This document shows positions 55,301-64,000 of a stretch of DNA of 64,000 bases, in pieces (position 1 is the stretch's first letter; each line of letters opens with the position of its first letter). A program made the translations under genes and the position numbers. The notes beneath the pieces are model-generated. The model made no database searches and had not been told where the DNA came from. It was given only the letters and a program-made list of their open reading frames with translations. Origin of the DNA: Octopus vulgaris (lineage: Eukaryota); assembly GCA_951406725.2 (NCBI GenBank), contig OX597827.1, forward strand, positions 39,060,001 through 39,124,000, read 5' to 3'.

Positions 55301-58300
55301 ATAAGAGAAAGAAGAAAGAGAGAAAAAATAACTAAGAACATTATAACTAATAACATTATATAAGACTGGTTTCCACACTGTTTGTCTACAAGACTTCATT
55401 CACAAGGCACTGGTCAGTTTGAGGTTGCAGTAGAAGTTTCATGCACATGGTACTTCAAGGTAGGACTGAACCTGGAAGAGTAAACTTTTCAACCACACAG
55501 CTATACCTGCACCTCTCTTTGTATTCAGAGTTCATACCCTACCAGGGACCAAGTTTTCATTTTTGCAAACTCAATTAAATAATTGTGAGTGTTAAGATGG
55601 TACCAGTAGTATCAGTTCAACTGGACATGTGTCATTCTTCCCAAAGAAATGTCAGTGTTTCACCAATATATAAATAAATTACTAAATCCAGTAGAAAGAA
55701 AGAAAAATAATGAAAACTCTAGATGTTCCAACACTAATCAAGAACAAACTGAAAAATTCTAAGAGGTATAAATGCTGTTCAGAAGATATGTCATTTATTC
55801 TATAGTAAATCATACCACAACAAAGGATATATAGAGATGACAAGAGTATAGATTGTTATCAATAAGTATGATTGATTACTCCAGCAATAGGAATTATATC
55901 AAACATCATCATCATCATCATGTGTTCATGGAAGCAGAGAAGCTGAAAATTATTTCATCGTTTGGTGCCTTTCTTACATTAAGAAGAATTTAGGAAGTTT
56001 ACAGCCACAGTACGAAGATCAACACTCAGTTCTTGTGAAGCATCATCTTCTCCAGCCTTCTCTATGGTTGTGAGTTATAGCATCTGACTAAGGCACTAGA
56101 AAAGACAGTGAACATCTTCCAGTAAAAATGTTTGTGTAAGGTACACCACATTTTGTACCGAGACTGACCTGGAAGTACTAAGAAGATTGGGCCTCTTGCA
56201 CATGCTTAGTTAGTTGGTGGTCAGCACATAGTCCCTAACCATACGGTTCTGGGTTCAGTCCCACTACATAGCACCAAAGCCTCGTGAGTGGATTTGGTTG
56301 CTAGAAACTAAAACAAGATTATTATATCATCATCATCATTTAACACCTGCTCTCCATGCTGGCATGGGATAGACTGTTTGAAGCTGATGAGTTGGAGAGC
56401 AGCACCAGGTTCCAGTCTGATTTGACATGGTTTCTACAGCTGGATGCCCTTCTTAAATGCCAATCACATATATTTGTTGTTGTGTCATGTGTGCGTGTGT
56501 GTTAGTGTATCCTTGCATTGACATTGTGTGATAGTTGTAAACGAGTGTCACATCAAGCAAACAATGTCTTTGTATCTAAAGTTCTATGAAAACATGTCAA
56601 GTCATGAGGGAATATTATCTTTCTTGGAAACAGGCGAGGGCTGGCAATAAGAAGGACATCCTGCCATAGAAAAATCCATCTCAACAAATTCTGTCTGACC
56701 CATGCAATCATGGAAAATGGACATTAAAACAATGATGATGATGCTTTTCATACAGCAAGCCATGCAGCTATGAAGTAAAAAGTGCTCTGGTTACTGTCAT
56801 CTGTTGCTCAGTCAGGCAGACTGAGACATCCAAAGAAAGCTAAAGTCACATGATTTGCTTAATCCTTTAGCATATAAACTGGTCAGATCCAACCCAAATA
56901 TTCTACCTGTTTTATGATCAAACCAGCCAGTCCAGCTTCTCACACCTGAGAATGATATTGTAGACAATATCATTCTCAAAATAAATAATCACACCATTGG
57001 AATCTCAAAGCTACAAGACAATGCATGTTTAACCCTTTAGCATTTAAACCGGCCATATCTGGCCCAAATATTCCACCTGTTTTATGTTCAAACCAGCCAG
57101 ATCCATCCTCTTACACCTCCCCTATGATGTCATTCTTAAAAAAAATATCACATCATTGTAATTTTAAATCTGTGAGATAATGCATGGCAAATTCAAAGAA
57201 ATGTTAATGAATAAGCATTACATTTGATAAAGTAATCATCATCATCATCGTTTAACGTCTGTTTTCCTTGCTAGCACAGGTTGGACAGTTCGACCGGGGT
57301 CTGGGAAGCCAGGAGGCTGCACCAGGCTCCAGTCTGATCTGGCAGTGTTTCTACAGCTGTATGCCCTTCCTAACGCTAACCACTCTGTGAGTGTAGTGGG
57401 TGCTTTTTACGTGCCACCGGCACAGGTGCCAGGGGATGCTGGCAGCGGCCACGATCGGTTGGTGCTTTTTACGTGCCACCGGCACAGAAGCCAGTCAAGG
57501 TGGTGCTGGCATCGGCCATGTTCAGATGGTGCTTTTTACGTGCCACCGGCACAGGTATCACAACTACAATTTCCATTTGGTATTTATTTTGATGTTGATG
57601 TCTAATCTGAATGCTAAAGGGTTAATTGAAAATGATGTGTTAAAGAAGCATTACATTTGAATACTAAAGAATTGAAGGGTTAAGTCAAAAGTTGTAGCAG
57701 CAGTGACAGCAGTAAAGTTTTAACTTTTTGGCCAATAACCTCTCATGTGCCACAATGCAATTGTTCGACCAGCTACTATATATAGCAACCAGGTTTTTCT
57801 CAAATCTTACCCTTCAGTCTTTAACACAATATTAAAAGAAACAACAACAAAAAAAGCACACATTGGCTGATGTAATTCTGGATATATCTAGAAGGAGAGA
57901 GAGAGAGAGAGAAAAAGAGAGAGAAAGAGAGATTGGGTGGTCAGAGCTGGACTACCTTTGATTATAAGTCCACGTAATCAGGACTAACTTGGGCCTAAGC
58001 AATAACAACAATCTTGCTGGAAATAAATGATTTTTTTTGTTAATGTGGCTGAAGCACAGTTAACCTGTGCTGCTTACCTTCAGGAAATATCAATATTGGC
58101 AATTTATTTTCATCGTCAACATGTTCTTTTAATCTGCAAAGAAATATAATAATGGATTAGAGCTTGATCTAACAATATAAATCCTTGAGATAAAAAAAAG
58201 GGAAGGAAAAAAGAGAATGCTATTCTTGTAAAGAAGCTGCAACACAGCTTTTATAATAAGAAAATAAACCAGTAAGGGAGCTGCTATGTAGTTCCCTGAT

Positions 58301-61046
58301 TTTTTTTTTTTCAAAGCAGCAGCCCAACCCCTCTTAACAGCCTCCCAACTCTATGCAGGCAAAATGGGGCCTACATGTTTTTTTTTTATTCTTGGACATG
58401 GTTGTGCGGTTAAAAACTTGCTTCCTAACCATGTGGTCTTGGGGTCAGTCACATGGTGTGGCACCCAGGGCAAATGTCTTCTACTATATCCTGGTGCTGA
58501 CCAGAACCTTGTAAATGGATTTGGAGGATAGAAACTGAAAGAAGTCCATCATATCTGTGTGCGTGTGTGTGTGTGTGTGTGCCTCTTTATCTTCATATCA
58601 TGTGATGGTTGTAAATGAGCATCATCATCAAACAAGTAATGCTGTTAACTTCCAGTTTTCCATGGGAAACATGTCTGGCCATGGGAAATATATTAGTTTG
58701 CTGGGAAACAAATGAGGGTTGCAGGTTGGCAACAGGGAAAAGCATCTGGCTCTAGGAAATCTTCCCCAACAAATTTCATCTGATCTATACAAGCATGGAA
58801 AAGTTGACATTAAATGAAGATGAAATCTTTGCATAAGATGAGGTCAATTAGCCAAAAAAAAAAAAAAAAAAAATTTATGGGTGCAAGATGACATTTTTAA
58901 ACTAAACCTTTATTGAGCAATGACTCAGATACAAAAAGCACAATCTAGAAGAAAACATTTCTGATTCCAACATCTAAAATCTGCCATTGAGTTACACCCA
59001 TCTTTGTATCAGTGTAGCAGTTTGCAACAATAATAAATAAAAAAATTAGCATTAAAAAAAATCATGGAAATGTTTTTTAAAACAATAAATCTTTTAGAGT
59101 ATTTTATTTCACTAAGATTTTGCTTTTATGTCATTTCACAACATAATACACAATATGGAAAAAAAGGGACGTGGGAAAAGGTTTAGGAAAAAGGATGTTA
59201 AATGATGATGATGATAATGATGATGATGAGTGGAGGTGAGTGTGGTGGTGGTGGGTGCTTTGAGGTTTGCTTCTCAGTCACAGGAATTTGGGAAAGAAAT
59301 AGTAATGGCTGTGCAACATATCAAGAAGCCCAGACATGCTTTCATGGGGGATTGCACGCAAATGGCACCATCAGTGAGTCATTGCTTACAAACAATGAAC
59401 ACACATGAAGGTGAAGGAAACATGAGTTTAAACACACACATACACACACAGTAGGTACGGCTAGGGTTCAGGTATGGTAGTATGGTTAAGAAGTTTGTTT
59501 CCCAGTCACATGGTTTCAGGTGCCGTCCCAATGCATGCCACAGAGCCAACCAAAGCTTTGTGAGTGAATTTCATAGACAGAAACTGAAAGAAGCTTGTTG
59601 TGTATATATGTATCTGTATATGTATGTGTATGTGTTTGTCTGTGTTTCTTTGTCTTGACACTAAGTAAAACTTATAAATGAGCATCACTGCCATAAAAGC
59701 AGGGTCTTTCTGTTTCCATTCATCCATGAAAAACATCTGGCAGCAATGGAGAAATATTTCCTTACTTGGAAACAGATAAGGGTTGGCAACAGAAAGGGCA
59801 GCCAGCAGTGGAAAATCTGTCTCAATTAATTCTGACTCATGCAAGCATGAAAAAGAAGACAAAGAGGACTTTATATATATATATGTGATCTGATCAATAA
59901 GTATCCAGACTGTTACCATAGTAATGAAGCTAAAGAACAAGTGAAACCACTTGGCACAGATCAAACTTGAACTCTGCTGTGCATGCGCACTATGTTTTAA
60001 CATTCTAGCTCACTCTTGCTGTTTACAGCAATGCTTGGAAGGAACATGTATAGCAGGAGATCATAGCATTGACTATGACAGAGAAAGTTGAGCAGAGAAT
60101 GTGCATCAAATTTTGCCAAATGCTTGGTGATACCTACTCAGAGGCCTATGCAAATTTTTCAAAAAGTTTTCATCATTCTCCACACAATCAAGGAGATCTT
60201 GTGCAACTGAAACCCGAGTGTCTTTTTGGTCAGCTGAAAGCAGTTTTGGCACAAACTTGGCAGACACGCGTCTCATACTCAGATCTTCAGTGAAAATGGA
60301 CTGAACTGAACTGTAATTAATCTGCAAATTCTCTGATAACTCACAGATGGTAATTTGATGATTTCCCCTTGCAACTGTATGCACATCTGCGATTTCTTTC
60401 TCAGTTCTGCTGGTTGTGGGTCTCCTAGGACGTTCGTCACTATTGACATTTTTTTGGCCAGCCTGGAAATGTCTGAACCCCTCATACACTTGTGTGCGAC
60501 TTATATACTCCTCCCCAAACACTTTCTGTAACATTGCGTAGGTCTGTGAGTAGGTATCGCCATGACAACCTTCTCTGTCATGGTTAATGCGACAATCACA
60601 CACTACACACATTCCTTCTAAGCACTGCTGTAAACAGTCTAAGTGAGCTAGAACGTTAAAACTTAGTGTGCATATACAGCAGAGTCCAATATCAATTTGT
60701 GTCAAGCAGCTTCACTCTGCGAACTTTAGCTTCATTACTATGGCAACAGTCCAGATACCTATTGATCAGACCTCGTGTGTGTGTGTATATATATATATAT
60801 GTATATATATAGCAAAAATTTAGATTCAAATGAATATGGTATTTAATTAAGATGCACCAGAATTTTGTATGGTGTTATCCATAAAAAATGATATGAAAAT
60901 TTTTGTTATAATGGAAAACCTCTATAATTGGCTGATGAGTGCTCAGCATTTTAAAACTGTAGTAATACTTACAACATTTAATAAAATGATATAGTACGAA
61001 ACGATCGTACCAAATTACCGGAGTCATTCTTGTTGCTTATTTTGAT

Positions 61047-61084
<38 letters not shown>

Positions 61085-62183
61085 TACACACATACGTATA
61101 TATATTATATATAGTAATAATAATTCTTGGATGGAATTTATAAATATTTTAATGCAATGCATTAAAATATTTATAAATTCCATCTATGGATAATTATTAT
61201 TATTATTATTACTATACTTATCCTACATTATATCAGCACAAATTGGTGCGACCCTCAATAAACTGATATTGCCAGTTGGCATCGTTAGGGTGTAGCTCAC
61301 ATTATAAAACAGAAGCTTTTATATGCTTTTATATTTTTCATAAATGAACTTAAAGGATATATATGGGAAATGGTCTTTTTTTAGTCTAGTTTTCACATTG
61401 GTTGATACAAGGTATAGCGGAAGATACTTTCTCCAGATGCTACGCAGAGGGATTGAACTTGAAATATGGTTGGGAAGTGAACTTCTCAATCACATAGCCA
61501 TGCCTGAAACTATATATACACATATCACCGTGATCACCGTGACCAACCAGGCTATCAGATGTTGCTACACATTGCTGGTCACAATGCGCTTCACATTGTT
61601 TTAGCCTTCAAATAATGCCACCCCGCTGGCCAACAGAAGAAAGAGTGAGAGAATGTTGTGCTGAAAGAGTACAGCAGGGATCGCCACCATCCCCTGCTGG
61701 AGCCTCGTGGAGCTTTTAGGTGTTTTCGCTCAATAAACATACACAATGCTCGGTCTGGGAATTGAAACCGCAATCCTACGACTGCGAGTTTGCTGCCCTA
61801 ACCACTGGGCCATTGCGCCTCCAAATATATATACATACACACACACACATATATATATGTATATTATATACATGAACATATATGCAGACAGGCATTATAT
61901 ACACTCATACTACTTGCAACTAAATCATATATTCTAATCTTCCAATTTAAGAAGTCCTCATGAAGAAGGCTATAAGTGTTGCTTTATGTTTCCTCAACAA
62001 ATAAATATTATAAAAAAAAACACACAAACACCAAAAAAACAAAACAAAACAAATCAAAGACCATTACCTTCGTGCTACTGCCTCTCGGTCTTTACTTTCA
62101 GAACGTTCAAACCAAATGTGTGCATTAGCTCTGGCCATGGCTCTTTGCATGATCCCCATGAAGCCACCCTGGGCTTGACCGAC
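49271..62183 (-). CDS. GPAT3/4: Glycerol-3-phosphate acyltransferase 3/4-like (AGPAT9/AGPAT6 family), C-terminal six coding exons; 5' exons outside the window
   Basis: Manual splicing of 62183-62068, 58133-58078, 55280-55195, 51896-51768, 50591-50512 and 49358-49271 gives one open frame with GT-AG introns and matching phases: VGQAQGGFMGIMQRAMARANAHIWFERSESKDREAVARRLKEHVDDENKLPILIFPEGTCINNTSVMMFKKGSFEVGRTIYPVAIKYDSRFGDAFWNSSK...SWALVCDVWYLPSM...FANRVKAEIARKGGLVDLEWDGQLKR...KID*. FPEGT, WFERSE and YDxxFGDAFWNSS are characteristic of GPAT3/4. Confidence 0.95.
49485..49880 (-). mobile_element. Full-length SINE family A in the last GPAT intron
   Basis: Homologous to 24478-24885. Confidence 0.85.
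50512..50591 (-). CDS. GPAT3/4: GPAT3/4 exon (DGEDAVSFANRVKAEIARKGGLVDLE)
   Basis: Acceptor ttctctttgtag, donor gtaagt; 80 nt, ends in phase 2. Confidence 0.93.
51768..51896 (-). CDS. GPAT3/4: GPAT3/4 exon (YDSRFGDAFWNSSKANLLRHLSDIMSSWALVCDVWYLPSMTKM)
   Basis: Acceptor tcttgtcag, donor gtgagt; 129 nt; lies within ORF 51729..51971. Confidence 0.95.
53558..53915 (-). mobile_element. Older SINE family A copy
   Basis: Diverged homology to family A. Confidence 0.7.
54918..55160 (+). mobile_element. CR1 3' end fragment
   Basis: cactgcatccttc... and ttctgataagttgtagtgtacttgag match 30350-30525. Confidence 0.6.
55195..55280 (-). CDS. GPAT3/4: GPAT3/4 exon (GTCINNTSVMMFKKGSFEVGRTIYPVAIK)
   Basis: Acceptor tctttttcag, donor gtaagt; 86 nt; lies within ORF 55039..55356. 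Confidence 0.95.
55925..56190 (+). mobile_element. Degenerate RTE ORF2 C-terminal fragment
   Basis: AFLTLRRI...SSLLYGCE..HLTKALEKTVNIFQ*KCL. Confidence 0.55.
56863..57680. mobile_element. TTAA-flanked (piggyBac-like) MITE containing a second copy of itself (57033-57621), which contains an RTE 3' end (57236-57602, minus)
   Basis: Inner copy TTAA|ccctttagca...tgctaaaggg|TTAA; 56863-57028 is homologous to 57033-57190. Confidence 0.75.
58078..58133 (-). CDS. GPAT3/4: GPAT3/4 exon (LKEHVDDENKLPILIFPE)
   Basis: Acceptor ttctttgcag, donor gtaagc; 56 nt, phase 2 to phase 1. Confidence 0.93.
59884..60775. mobile_element. Non-autonomous mariner derivative made of two inverted 5' ends
   Basis: TIRs tgtgatctgatcaataagtatc / gatacctattgatcagacctcg; plus arm MTEKVEQRMCIKFCQMLGDTYSEAYA; minus arm GDTYSQTYAMLQKVFGE...SAKFVPKLL...ENDENFLK; no DDD domain. 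Confidence 0.85.
60926..61017 (+). ncRNA. Hammerhead ribozyme motif (type I) with extended stem II and palindromic stem III
   Basis: Stem I ttgg/ccaa; CTGATGA 60932-60938; stem II gtgct/agtac; GAAA 60998-61001; stem III ACGATCGT; GUA triplet ending at 61009. Confidence 0.75.
61130..61184. repeat. Perfect palindrome, 27-bp arms around a 1-nt centre
   Basis: gatggaatttataaatattttaatgca-a-tgcattaaaatatttataaattccatc. Confidence 0.9.
61524..61822 (-). mobile_element. SINE family B head with another tail type
   Basis: Head homologous to 41373-41500; tail ends in (atcaccgtg) repeats on the plus strand. Confidence 0.75.
62068..62183 (-). CDS. GPAT3/4: GPAT3/4 exon (VGQAQGGFMGIMQRAMARANAHIWFERSESKDREAVAR)
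   Basis: Acceptor cttctctttactcag, donor gtaatg; 116 nt, ends in phase 2. Confidence 0.93.
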
Positions 62184-62842
62184 CTGAGTAAAGAGAAGTA
62201 ACATATAATTGATAATGTTAAAGATGACATGATAGTAATACTGGATTTAGTAGTTTATTTATATATATTGCTGAAACATTGACATTTCTTTGGGGAGAAT
62301 GACGCATGTCCAGTTGAATTGATACTACTGGTACCAGCTTAACACTCACCATTATTTAATTGAGTTTGCGAAAATAAAAAGTTGGTCCCTAGTAGGGTAT
62401 GAACTCTGAATATAAAGAGAGGTGCAGGTATAGCTGTGTGGTTGAAAAGTTTACTCTTCCAGGTTCAGTCCTACCTTAGAGTAGCATGTGCATGAGACTT
62501 CTACTGCAACCTCAAACTGACCAGTGCCTTGTGAATGAAGTCTTGTAGACAAACAGTGTGGAAACCAGTCTTATATAATGTGCATGTATTGATTTAAAAT
62601 GGTGCAGTGAGTCCTGTAACTTTGATAGAGCCAGTCCCAAATCTGGTTGAGAAATGAAGAGAGCAGTAGGCATGTTTAGCAACCTTGCACTTTCAAATTT
62701 CCAATATTGTTACTGAAACACCCCCACCCCAAATCATGTTGGTACCCCTATACCCCAAATAGTGTTGAAAGATTAAGGAGTTGTGTCCCTTAAAAAAAAG
62801 ACAAACAAAACAAAAACCCCATAACTTTAACAATTTCATTCT

Positions 62843-63352
62843 ATAGTGTACAGGATCTGACCTCTTTATTTCGAGGTACAGCTTGATGTCATCTGCATAT
62901 TTCAGCACTGTGGCATTCTTTAAGTTGGCATCTATGTCATTAACATATGCAACAAATAAAAGGGGGCCAAGAACAGATCCCTGTGGTACACCAGATGTCA
63001 TCTCATAGGGTGAAGAGTGCTGTCCTAGAACTGTGACAACCTCTTTTCAGCCGATAATAAAGGACTTCAACCAGTTATAGAGATTGTCTCTTACACCCAA
63101 CGCAGAGAGTTTCACCATAAGTCTTTTGTGTGGCACAGAGTTAAAAGCCTTAGCAAAGTCCAGGTAAACAACATCCACCCAGGATCCGTGATCACTTATT
63201 TGGGTAATGTCCTCAAGAAACTCGATGAGTTGATTACAGCAGCTGGAGTTAGGAATAAATCCAAATTGTGACGGCTGGATGAGGCTGTGAGACTTCCAGA
63301 AGTTCCAGAGGGTTTCCCTGAGACAGGATTCCATCAGTTTGGCAACGCAGCT
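62843..63352 (-). mobile_element. Internal RT fragment of the same CR1 family as 28575-30556
   Basis: ORFs 63047..63355 and 62693..63001 are nearly identical in protein to the 29141-29650 segment; one in-frame stop. Confidence 0.92.
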
Positions 63353-63354
63353 CA

Positions 63355-63965
63355 ACTACAGTATTTTATTTTATCCCTCTTGGATGGATGAAAGACAAAT
63401 TGACTTTGGTAAGATTCAAGAGGAGAATGTAAAGAGATGTGACTAAGTACAGGATGAAATGCCGGCCATCACTAACATTTCAGTCACTTCATCACTGTAT
63501 AATTGTAGTGATAATAATAACTGTTTGTAACATAGGCACAGGCCTCAAATTTGGCGGTGGAGGAGTTAGTTGATTCAACCAAACTTAATATTTAACTGGT
63601 GGTTACTTTATTGACCCAGGGGGAATGAAAGGTAAAATTGATTTTAGATTAGAATGAACCTAGTATGTAAAGAGGTAAAATAGATGCTGCCACATAGCTT
63701 TTATTCCAATGCTCTGATGATTCTGTCAACTCACCACTCAAGTAATAATAATCCTTTCTACAAAAGGAACAAGGCCTGAAATTTTGGGGGTAGGAAATAG
63801 TAAATTATAGTGACCCCAGTGTTTCATTGGTACTTAATTTATCAACCCTGAAAGGATGAAAGACAAAGTCAATCTCAGCAGAATTTGAACTCAGGTTGTA
63901 AAGATAGATGAAATGCCGCTAAGCATTTTGCTTGGAGTGCAAATAATTCTGCCAGCTCACCACAT
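63355..63965 (-). repeat. Three tandem SINE family C copies
   Basis: Repeated ccctgaaaggatgaaag...tgattctg bodies separated by (TAA)n. Confidence 0.65.
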
Positions 63966-64000
63966 TATTATTAATAATAATAATAATAATAATAACAACA

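Overview
AT-rich, microsatellite-dense eukaryotic (animal) DNA. The SINE/LINE/microsatellite complement suggests a coleoid cephalopod, probably Octopus; this is an inference. One host gene is supported: the last six coding exons of a GPAT3/GPAT4-type glycerol-3-phosphate acyltransferase on the minus strand (62183->49271). They splice in frame at GT-AG sites, and the 5' exons lie beyond the window end. The rest is mostly transposon material: a full-length dead mariner, a mariner made of two inverted 5' ends, a Tc1/maT fragment, hAT and TTAA MITEs, a non-autonomous Helitron, CR1-, RTE- and Tx1/L1-clade LINE remnants, and three tRNA-derived SINE groups. Most short ORFs in the track are microsatellite artefacts. 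The main unexplained signals are two hammerhead-ribozyme motifs in small islands inside (TA)n tracts (one as a head-to-head palindrome, Penelope-like) and a copy-number-variable array of a ~61-bp structured unit in the 3' UTR of an RTE retrotransposon.
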